Shown here piece by piece: positions 56,446-64,000 of a stretch of DNA of 64,000 nucleotides. Below the pieces are notes generated by a model. The model did no database searches, was not told the DNA's origin, and saw only the letters and a list, made by a program, of their open reading frames with translations. Both the position numbers and the translations under genes were made by a program. The stretch is taken from contig CACKBA010000002.1 of the NCBI GenBank assembly GCA_902598295.1, positions 8,217 to 72,216 of the forward strand, given 5' to 3'. The first letter of the stretch is position 1; each line of letters opens with the position of its first letter. Origin of the DNA: an uncultured Bacteroidota bacterium (GTDB taxonomy: Bacteria > Bacteroidota > Bacteroidia > Flavobacteriales > Flavobacteriaceae).

Positions 56446-57204
56446 GTGCTAAAAATTATTAAGATCATATTACTAGGTATTTGGAATGTTTGGTTTTATG
56501 TTCTTGCATTTATTGGAATTGCTACCACATTTCCTCTATTAGTAATATTTTCCTCAAGCGAAAAGTTTTATCCGCAATTTTATTGGGTAGCAAGAAATAT
56601 TTGGTCCAATATTATACTTTTTGGTATGGGTTTTTGGCCAGTAGTTGAAAATAAAAAAAAGCTCGAAAAAGGGAAAAGTTATATGGTAGTTGCTAATCAC
56701 AAAAGTATGATTGATATTATGCTTATGGTTTACTGTTGCAAACACCCAATTGTATTTGTTGGAAAGAAAGAGTTAGACAAAATTCCAATTTTTGGTTATT
56801 TCTACAGTAAAGTATGTATTCTAGTAGATCGTGATAACCCAGAAAGCAGAAAGAATGTATACAGCAAATCAATAAAAAGACTGGAAAGAGGAGTCTCTAT
56901 TTGTATTTTTCCTGAGGGGGGAGTTCCTGAACCAGGGGTTGTTCTTAGGGAGTTTAAAAATGGGGCTTTCAATTTAGCTATACAATTTCAAATTCCTATT
57001 GTGCCGCTATCTTTCTATGATTGTGAAAGAAGGTTCCCTTATTTTTTTGCATATAACTATTTTGTTGGTGGACCAGGCAAACTGAGAGCTCGGTTTCATG
57101 AATTTATAGAGACTAGCGGGCTTAATCAAGATGATAGAGATAATCTTAAAAAACGAGTTTATAACACTTTAAAAGAGGACTTAGCTAAGAGTTATCGGAG
57201 CTGA
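56446..57204 (+). CDS. plsC: 1-acyl-sn-glycerol-3-phosphate acyltransferase
   Basis: NHKSMID (HX4D) and FPEGG motifs. GTG start. Confidence 0.85.
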   Translation: MLKIIKIILLGIWNVWFYVLAFIGIATTFPLLVIFSSSEKFYPQFYWVARNIWSNIILFGMGFWPVVENKKKLEKGKSYMVVANHKSMIDIMLMVYCCKHPIVFVGKKELDKIPIFGYFYSKVCILVDRDNPESRKNVYSKSIKRLERGVSICIFPEGGVPEPGVVLREFKNGAFNLAIQFQIPIVPLSFYDCERRFPYFFAYNYFVGGPGKLRARFHEFIETSGLNQDDRDNLKKRVYNTLKEDLAKSYRS

Positions 57205-58192
57205 GAATTTCTGAGATTTTTTTCTCTAATTCATCGCACAATTCAGGGTTATCCTTTAACAATGTTTTTACCGCATCTCTTCCTTGACCCAATTTTGTAT
57301 CACCATAACTGAACCAAGAACCACTCTTATCAATTATTCCTGACTGAGATCCTATATCAATAATCTCTCCCATTTTAGAAATTCCTTCTCCGTACATAAT
57401 ATCAAACTCACATACCCTAAAGGGTGGTGCAACTTTATTCTTGACAACTTTTACTCTTGTTTTATTTCCCAGTGGATTTCCTGATGAGTCCTTTAGTTGT
57501 GTTGACCTTCTAATGTCAAGACGAACCGATGCGTAAAACTTTAAGGCATTACCACCTGTGGTTGTTTCTGGATTACCAAACATTATTCCTATTTTTTCTC
57601 TTAACTGGTTTATAAAAAATACCGTACAATTTGTTTTACTTATCGTTGATGTTAGTTTTCTTAGAGCTTGAGACATAAGTCTTGCGTGTAATCCCATTTT
57701 TGAATCACCCATTTCACCTTCGATTTCACTTTTAGGAGTTAAGGCTGCTACAGAGTCAATTACAATTATATCCACTGCACCAGATCTGATTAAATTATCT
57801 GTAATTTCTAGTGCTTGCTCTCCATGGTCAGGCTGAGATATTATTAAATCATTGATATTAACACCAAGGTTTTGTGCATAGAATCTGTCAAATGCATGCT
57901 CAGCATCAATAAAAGCGGCTATTCCACCAGCTTTTTGACACTCTGCAATTGCATGTAAAGTAAGAGTGGTTTTACCCGAAGATTCAGGACCATAAATCTC
58001 AATTACTCTGCCTTTTGGATAACCACCAACGCCTAAGGCATAATCTAAGCCCAAAGAACCAGTTGATATGACTTCAATCTCTGATTCAGAGACATCTCCC
58101 ATTTTCATAACAGTACCTTTACCGTAAGTTTTATCTAATCTGTCTAATGTTAATTGTAATGCTTTTAATTTTGAATCTTTATCTGATGCCAT
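57185..58192 (-). CDS. recA: recombinase RecA
   Basis: GPESSGKTT Walker A and full-length RecA similarity. Confidence 0.97.
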   Translation of the reverse strand: MASDKDSKLKALQLTLDRLDKTYGKGTVMKMGDVSESEIEVISTGSLGLDYALGVGGYPKGRVIEIYGPESSGKTTLTLHAIAECQKAGGIAAFIDAEHAFDRFYAQNLGVNINDLIISQPDHGEQALEITDNLIRSGAVDIIVIDSVAALTPKSEIEGEMGDSKMGLHARLMSQALRKLTSTISKTNCTVFFINQLREKIGIMFGNPETTTGGNALKFYASVRLDIRRSTQLKDSSGNPLGNKTRVKVVKNKVAPPFRVCEFDIMYGEGISKMGEIIDIGSQSGIIDKSGSWFSYGDTKLGQGRDAVKTLLKDNPELCDELEKKISEILSSDNS

Positions 58193-58253
58193 AAGAGGAA
58201 TATTAGTTATTAAAAGTACAATTTTATTTATTAAAAAACACCATTTAAAAACT

Positions 58254-58261
58254 TACATTTG
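58254..58261 (+). promoter_or_regulatory. Bacteroidota -7 box-like motif (TAnnTTTG) upstream of trhO
   Basis: tacatttg ends 20 nt upstream of the ATG at 58282. No clear -33 element. Confidence 0.25.
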
Positions 58262-58281
58262 TAAATATAATTTGTTTAAAA

Positions 58282-59304
58282 ATGCAACTATATAACAAGC
58301 TTAGCAACGAGGAAAGAGCCATCCTCATAAAAAAAGCAAACGAAAAAAGATTGACTTTATCTTTTTATAAATATCATCATATTGGAAATGTAGAAATTTT
58401 TAGGAATCATCTGTTTGTAAATTTCGATAGTCTTCAAGTTTTAGGAAGAATTTATGTTGCTAAAGAGGGTATTAATTCTCAACTTTCTATACCAGCTAAA
58501 AAAATAGAAAATCTAAAAGAATTTTTAGATTCTATTACCTTTTTAAAAAATATACGCCTAAACGTTGGAATCGAGCACAATGATGAATCATTTCTCAAGT
58601 TAAAAATAAAAGTCAAAGATAAGATTGTAGCTGACGGATTGGGGCCCAATGATTATGATATAGAAAATTCTGGAACTCATCTAAATGCTAAAGAATTTAA
58701 TGATCTGCTTGGAAAGCCAGAGACGATTACAATTGACATGAGAAACCACTATGAAAGCGAGATTGGTCATTTCAAAGGGGCTGTCTGTCCAGATGTTGAT
58801 ACTTTTAGGGACTCTCTTCCCTTGATAAACAAGAAGTTTAATTTTGCCAAAACCAAAAATAACATATTAATGTATTGTACTGGAGGAATAAGGTGTGAAA
58901 AAGCAAGTTCCTATTTAAAACAAAATGGATATAAAAATGTGTTTCAATTAAAGGGTGGTATCATTGAATATGCGAGACAGGTTAAAAAAAATGGGCTTGA
59001 AAATAAATTTCTTGGTAAAAATTTTGTTTTTGATAACAGATTAAGCGAAAGAATTGGTAATGAAATTATCGCTAAATGTCATGTTTGTGGCAATACTTGC
59101 GATAATCATGTCAACTGTAAAAACCAGGCCTGTCATGTGTTGTTTATACAATGTGAGAAATGTTTTAAAAAGTTAAATGGTTGCTGCAGCAATTCTTGTA
59201 AAGATATTCATGCATTACCAGTTGAGGTCCAAAAAAAAAGAAGAAAAGGCTACAAAAACAAAAGGAGATTTTTTAAGAAAGGTCGTTTAAGTGAAAAAGT
59301 TTAG
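58282..59304 (+). CDS. trhO: rhodanese-domain tRNA uridine(34) hydroxylase (UPF0176/YceA family)
   Basis: Rhodanese active-site loop CTGGIRCEKAS and a Cys-rich C-terminus. Confidence 0.85.
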   Translation: MQLYNKLSNEERAILIKKANEKRLTLSFYKYHHIGNVEIFRNHLFVNFDSLQVLGRIYVAKEGINSQLSIPAKKIENLKEFLDSITFLKNIRLNVGIEHNDESFLKLKIKVKDKIVADGLGPNDYDIENSGTHLNAKEFNDLLGKPETITIDMRNHYESEIGHFKGAVCPDVDTFRDSLPLINKKFNFAKTKNNILMYCTGGIRCEKASSYLKQNGYKNVFQLKGGIIEYARQVKKNGLENKFLGKNFVFDNRLSERIGNEIIAKCHVCGNTCDNHVNCKNQACHVLFIQCEKCFKKLNGCCSNSCKDIHALPVEVQKKRRKGYKNKRRFFKKGRLSEKV

Positions 59305-59770
59305 TTTTATTTTAATTTCTATTTACTTCATAATCTTGGGTTGTAATAAGAACCACTCAATACATTCATCACATATTGAAACAAATGGGTTTTGGTTAAA
59401 AAATAATGCGATAAAAGCAAATGTAGAAATTCGTGAAAGTCCTATTGATGTTTATTTGGTTTTAAAATTAAATGAGGATTATCCATTTTCCAACATACAC
59501 CTTCTGTCAAAACTTGAGAATAATGATGTGAAAATTAGTGATACCATTTCTTACAATTTTGATGATTCAAAAAACAGAACTATTTTATCTAAACAAATAA
59601 GAATCAAAACATTCAAAATTCCAATTTTCATCAACATGGATATTAAAGGGGAAACATTAGTTGAAGTTGCACATGCTGTAAGATTTATAGACAGTATTAA
59701 GCCGGTTAATAAATTAGAGGGTATCTTAGATGTTGGAATATTGATAAATAAATCAAATGAAAAAATATAG
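59291..59770 (+). CDS. gldH: gliding motility lipoprotein GldH-like
   Basis: Lipobox ..ILGC, about 160 aa, ..YPFSNIHLL.. motif. My recollection is that gldH precedes a PBP gene in flavobacteria. Confidence 0.6.
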   Translation: MKKFSFILISIYFIILGCNKNHSIHSSHIETNGFWLKNNAIKANVEIRESPIDVYLVLKLNEDYPFSNIHLLSKLENNDVKISDTISYNFDDSKNRTILSKQIRIKTFKIPIFINMDIKGETLVEVAHAVRFIDSIKPVNKLEGILDVGILINKSNEKI

Positions 59771-62048
59771 ACTTCAGGTTTTCATTTTTTGGTTTTTATT
59801 CACTTTTGGTGTAATCTCCTTTTATGGTGTTTTCTATTTAGCTTCTGTAGGATATTTTGGCGATATGCCTGATTTTCGTCAACTTGAAAATCCCAAAACA
59901 AACTTTGCTTCCGAAATTATTTCTTCTGATAATAAAATTTTGGGTAAATATTATTTTAATGATAATAGGACACCTATTGAATATGACGAAATAAATCCAG
60001 AAACCATCAATGCTTTAATAGCGATTGAGGATGAAAGATTTTATAGTCACCCTGGTATTGATTTGAAAGCTACATTAAGAGCTATTATTTTTTTGAATCA
60101 AAGAGGAGGGGCTAGTACAATCACACAACAACTTGCCAGACAACTTTTTGTTGGTGTAAGGTCACGAAATATTTTTCAGGCTGTAACCCAAAAAATTAAA
60201 GAATGGGTGATTGCCGTTCGCTTAGAAAAACAATATACAAAAGAAGAAATATTAACAATGTATTTGAATATTTACGATTTTGGATACTATGGGGATGGTA
60301 TCAAGTCTGCGTCAAATATTTATTTTTCAAAAGAACCAATCGATTTAAAAATTGAAGAATCTGCAATGTTGATTGGTATGTTGCAAAACTCCTCACTTTA
60401 TGACCCGATTAGAAGACCTGAGATAACCAAAAATAGAAGAGATTTGGTACTTATGCAGATGACAAAAAATAATTATATAACAGAAAAAGAAGAGGATTCA
60501 CTAAAATCGTTACCGCTTACTTTAGACTACACACCTCAATCTCATAGGCAAGGTCTTGCAACATATTTTAGATCATATCTAAGAGGTTTTATGAAAGATT
60601 GGACTTCGAAGAATTTTAAAAATGATAGTACCAAATACAATCTTTATGTAGATGGTCTAAAGATTTATACAACTATAAATTCTAAGATGCAGAAATATGC
60701 AGAAGAGTCTGTAAAGGAGCATATGAAAAACTTGCAAAAAGAATTTTTTATTCAAACGGACACATTGTCAACTGCCCCGTTCTTAGACTTGGAGGAGGAC
60801 GAAGAAGAGACAATCATGAAAAGAGCTATGAGAAGGTCTGAAAGATGGAGAAAGTCCAAACTTTCGGGTATGACCAATCAGGAAATTGAAGAATCATTTA
60901 ACATGCCTGTTGATATGACTGTTTTTTCTTGGGACGGTGATATAGATACAATAATGTCTCCGGTAGATTCCATTCGTTATTATAAACATTTTCTTAGAAG
61001 TGGAATGATGTCAATGAACCCAAAGAATGGTCATGTAATGGCTTGGGTTGGAGGAATTAACTACAGGCATTTTCAGTATGACCACGTGATGCTAAGCAAA
61101 AGACAAATTGGATCTACATTTAAACCTTTTTTGTATGCAACTGCTATCGACCAATTAAAACTTTCTCCATGTGATATGCTCCCAGACTTGATTCATTGTA
61201 TTGAACCTTATAAATACGGAAACCCTGAACCATGGTGCCCAACTAACTCAAGCGATAAATATGGTGGAATGCGAACATTAAGTAATGCTTTGGCAAACTC
61301 GAAGAATACAATAAGTGCTCAATTAATTGATAAGGTTGGTCCAAGACCTGTTGCTAACCTTGCTCGTAATTTGGGTGTTAGCTCCAATATTCCAAATGTA
61401 CCTGCAATTGCTTTAGGGACTCCTGACTTAAGTGTTTATGAAATGGTTGGTGCTTATGGCGCTTTTGCGAACAAAGGAATTTATGTAGAACCTGTTATGG
61501 TAACAAGAATTGAAGATAAAAATGGAGCAATAGTTTATCAATCTAAACCAAATACAAAGGATGTGATAAGTGAAGAGTCTTCCTATGTGACCCTGAAGTT
61601 GCTTGAGGGGGTAACAAAGTTTGGATCTGGAGCTAGACTACGCCATAACATCGCTGAAGATGAAAGAAACTATGTTTATAATAATGTTGTTACTGGTTAT
61701 CCATATAAATTTGAAAATGACATCGCAGGTAAGACAGGAACTACTCAAAATCAAAGTGATGGTTGGTTTATTGGGATGGTACCCAACTTAGTAACTGGAG
61801 TTTGGGTTGGTGGTGAAGATAGATCCATACACTTTAAAGAAATCGCATATGGTCAAGGTGCTACCATGTCTCTTCCAATATGGGCTCTTTATATGAATAA
61901 ATGCTATGCGGACGAAGAACTTAATGTTTCCAAAGATTCTTTTCCAGAACCTGAAGTTTTAAACATAGAACTGGACTGCTCCAAAGTAATAACTCCAGAA
62001 ATAGAAAATGAGGAAAATGATGTTAAAGATCTTCTAGGAATTGGTTAG
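59757..62048 (+). CDS. mrcA: class A penicillin-binding protein (transglycosylase/transpeptidase, PBP1A)
   Basis: GT51 motifs EDERFYSHPGID and GASTITQQ. Transpeptidase motifs STFKPF and KTGTT. Confidence 0.9.
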   Translation: MKKYRLQVFIFWFLFTFGVISFYGVFYLASVGYFGDMPDFRQLENPKTNFASEIISSDNKILGKYYFNDNRTPIEYDEINPETINALIAIEDERFYSHPGIDLKATLRAIIFLNQRGGASTITQQLARQLFVGVRSRNIFQAVTQKIKEWVIAVRLEKQYTKEEILTMYLNIYDFGYYGDGIKSASNIYFSKEPIDLKIEESAMLIGMLQNSSLYDPIRRPEITKNRRDLVLMQMTKNNYITEKEEDSLKSLPLTLDYTPQSHRQGLATYFRSYLRGFMKDWTSKNFKNDSTKYNLYVDGLKIYTTINSKMQKYAEESVKEHMKNLQKEFFIQTDTLSTAPFLDLEEDEEETIMKRAMRRSERWRKSKLSGMTNQEIEESFNMPVDMTVFSWDGDIDTIMSPVDSIRYYKHFLRSGMMSMNPKNGHVMAWVGGINYRHFQYDHVMLSKRQIGSTFKPFLYATAIDQLKLSPCDMLPDLIHCIEPYKYGNPEPWCPTNSSDKYGGMRTLSNALANSKNTISAQLIDKVGPRPVANLARNLGVSSNIPNVPAIALGTPDLSVYEMVGAYGAFANKGIYVEPVMVTRIEDKNGAIVYQSKPNTKDVISEESSYVTLKLLEGVTKFGSGARLRHNIAEDERNYVYNNVVTGYPYKFENDIAGKTGTTQNQSDGWFIGMVPNLVTGVWVGGEDRSIHFKEIAYGQGATMSLPIWALYMNKCYADEELNVSKDSFPEPEVLNIELDCSKVITPEIENEENDVKDLLGIG

Positions 62049-62090
62049 ATATTTTTCGAACTTAACAACTTTAATTTTAAAAACTTTATT

Positions 62091-62600
62091 ATGAGAAAAA
62101 TTATTTATTTGATGGCGTTACCTTTTCTTTTTTCCGCTTGTCAAACAACACCTTGTGAATGTAAAGATAGTTCAAACGGATTTGTTTTAGAGGGACAATC
62201 TGTAACTATGGGCTCTGAAGAAACTGTTGAGTTATTTAAAAAAATTGATGCAGCTTGGTTAGCAAGAGATTATGAAACAATGAAATCTCACATTTCTGAT
62301 GAAGGAAATTACAGGTTCTATGATGGCACCGTTGTAACTAATGCTGAAGATTTTGTGGCTAAGGTAGAAGAATTTTACCAAGACGATTTAGCTAATGGAA
62401 TTGAATGGGATTGGAATACTGATTACGCTTTTGCTGTTCAACCCACAAAAACTGAAAATGAACATTGGAATGAAAAAGGGGATTGGATTAATGCACAATT
62501 TACAGGATCTGATGGCAAAATTATTATTGAATGGTATCAATTTGACGGGGATCAATTAATAAGTTGGACTCAAACAGCATCTGCACCTGTAATCGAATAA
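62091..62600 (+). CDS. lipoprotein, NTF2/SnoaL-like
   Basis: Lipobox ..FSAC plus size and pattern only. Confidence 0.45.
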   Translation: MRKIIYLMALPFLFSACQTTPCECKDSSNGFVLEGQSVTMGSEETVELFKKIDAAWLARDYETMKSHISDEGNYRFYDGTVVTNAEDFVAKVEEFYQDDLANGIEWDWNTDYAFAVQPTKTENEHWNEKGDWINAQFTGSDGKIIIEWYQFDGDQLISWTQTASAPVIE

Positions 62601-62602
62601 AC

Positions 62603-63064
62603 TTACATACTGAAAGGAAGTGAGGAGTGGTGAAGTACTATTTTAATTTCACCCTCCTTATTCTTTTTATAAACAAAACTAAACTCAACCTTAGTCTTTT
62701 TCCCAATAGGATCTGTAAAGAAGTAATTTCCCATTGCTGTTGCAATGTTTTCATAGATATTAATAGACTCATTTTTAAAGTCAACCATAACCCATGGATT
62801 CAATGCAAAACCCTTGTCTTCTGCATAATCTTTATCTGATCCAATAAAATAAGAAAGTGCAGATTTATTATTATTTCTAAATTGTTTTTCAGAAGCCTTT
62901 GTGGGTTTAAACTGAACATCCCCAAAATCGAAATCATAATGCTTATTTATAAAGTTAACAGTAAAAATTCTGCATTCTTTTGGGCTATCTTTTAATTTTC
63001 CAATTGTAATAATACCTTTACCCCACGAATTTTGTACTTCTTCAATTTCTGTTTTGTTTATCAT
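62603..63064 (-). CDS. hypothetical protein (NTF2-like fold suspected)
   Basis: Clean 153-aa ORF. No diagnostic motif recognised. Confidence 0.4.
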   Translation of the reverse strand: MINKTEIEEVQNSWGKGIITIGKLKDSPKECRIFTVNFINKHYDFDFGDVQFKPTKASEKQFRNNNKSALSYFIGSDKDYAEDKGFALNPWVMVDFKNESINIYENIATAMGNYFFTDPIGKKTKVEFSFVYKKNKEGEIKIVLHHSSLPFSM

Positions 63065-63096
63065 GTTCGTAAAATTAATTATAATTTAGATATTCC

Positions 63097-63735
63097 ATGA
63101 TTCAAAAGTTTAAAATCCAAGCTAGCAAAAGTGCTCGTTATTTTCAAATTGGTAAGATAAACAGTAAAACAAAAAATATTTGGATTGTTTTACATGGTTA
63201 TGGAATGTTGCCAGAATATTTTATTAAAAAATTTCAATGTATTTACAATAAAGAAACTGTCATTATAGCACCTGAGGCTCTTAACAAGTTTTATTTAAAA
63301 GATGATTATTCAAGGGTTGGATCAAGTTGGATGACCAAACTAGAAAGATATGAAGATATTCAAGACAACATTAATTTTCTCAATTCAATTTACGAATCAA
63401 CTAAATTAAATGGGCATGATATTAATTTGAATATACTCGGATTTTCACAAGGAGGACCTACTGCAACAAGATGGATTATCAATAATAAATTTAAATTGAA
63501 TTCATTGATTTTGTGGGGATGTGATGTACCCAACGATTGTCTCACAGGTAATTTCAAATCTAGGTGGGATGATTTCAGATTAATTTTTGTCATTGGAAAT
63601 ACAGATGAATATATAGGTGAGGAAAAAATCAAAAAAGAAAGAGAAAAACTCAACGGATATGGATTGGATTATGAGTTTTATTCATTTGATGGAGGACATA
63701 CTATTGACGAACCCTTACTTAAAAAACTAATTTAG
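63097..63735 (+). CDS. alpha/beta hydrolase (phospholipase/carboxylesterase family)
   Basis: ..VLHGYG.., nucleophile elbow GFSQGG, and C-terminal ..GGH... Confidence 0.7.
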   Translation: MIQKFKIQASKSARYFQIGKINSKTKNIWIVLHGYGMLPEYFIKKFQCIYNKETVIIAPEALNKFYLKDDYSRVGSSWMTKLERYEDIQDNINFLNSIYESTKLNGHDINLNILGFSQGGPTATRWIINNKFKLNSLILWGCDVPNDCLTGNFKSRWDDFRLIFVIGNTDEYIGEEKIKKEREKLNGYGLDYEFYSFDGGHTIDEPLLKKLI

Positions 63736-64000
63736 ATGTCTACAAAAGATTGCTTCGAAATCATAAACAAAAGTTTAGAAGATTTGTTTAAGAAACTTTC
63801 AAAATACTCTCACAAAGAATTAAATATAAAGGTTTATAAAAATAAATGGTCAATTGCTGAACACTTATATCACGTCTGGCTTACTGAGGTTATAACAGTC
63901 AAGTATATAAAAAAGAAAACTAACTATCCTGAGTATTTGATTAATGTGAGTTTTGTATCAAAACTTAGAATGAAATTATTAGAACTTATATTTTTTTTGG
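63736..64000 (+). CDS. DinB-family-like protein, truncated by the window edge
   Basis: ATG at 63736. The ..KWSIAEHLYHV.. helix resembles the DinB/YfiT metal-binding His motif. Confidence 0.45.
   Translation, partial: MSTKDCFEIINKSLEDLFKKLSKYSHKELNIKVYKNKWSIAEHLYHVWLTEVITVKYIKKKTNYPEYLINVSFVSKLRMKLLELIFFL

Overview
AT-rich window (roughly 30-33% GC by eye, not computed) whose gene content and layout look like a marine Flavobacteriia (Bacteroidota) chromosome. The left third is housekeeping: sdhC-sdhA, a BNR/sortilin-like protein, pepP, thiL, a complete sufA-BCDSE-T operon with trailing DUF2480/DUF3078 genes, hflX, lpxH-like and a PafA-type phosphatase. From 23.4 to 33.3 kb there is a small CAZyme/sulfatase cluster: GH10, a beta-helix protein, a GHL6-like protein and two S1 sulfatases. 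The right end is housekeeping again: trpS, plsC, recA, trhO, gldH and a class A PBP. Between about 33.3 and 53 kb lies an accessory region built around a tRNA-Ala(GGC) gene (47477-47550, minus strand). Its main feature is a tightly packed 12-kb operon (35319-47326). In order it encodes a MoxR/AAA_5 ATPase, an 879-aa LRR protein, a DUF2201-type HExxH+VWA protein, a 1453-aa BspA/LRR/MORN protein, two ORFans and an ATP-dependent DNA ligase with a WGR-like tail. A stand-alone BRCT protein is transcribed divergently. I cannot match this gene set to any named defence, repair or secretion system, so it is my best candidate for an undescribed system. It ends at the 3' end of the tRNA, next to a truncated zinc-ribbon gene fragment. 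On the other side of the tRNA, a 1.5-kb single-gene cassette is bracketed by perfect 40-bp direct repeats of the tRNA 5' half. A separate oddity is an integrase arm-domain-like fragment lying in frame directly upstream of sdhA. I saw no CRISPR array, rRNA or intact transposase/integrase. All domain calls come from reading motifs in the translations; no database search was run.
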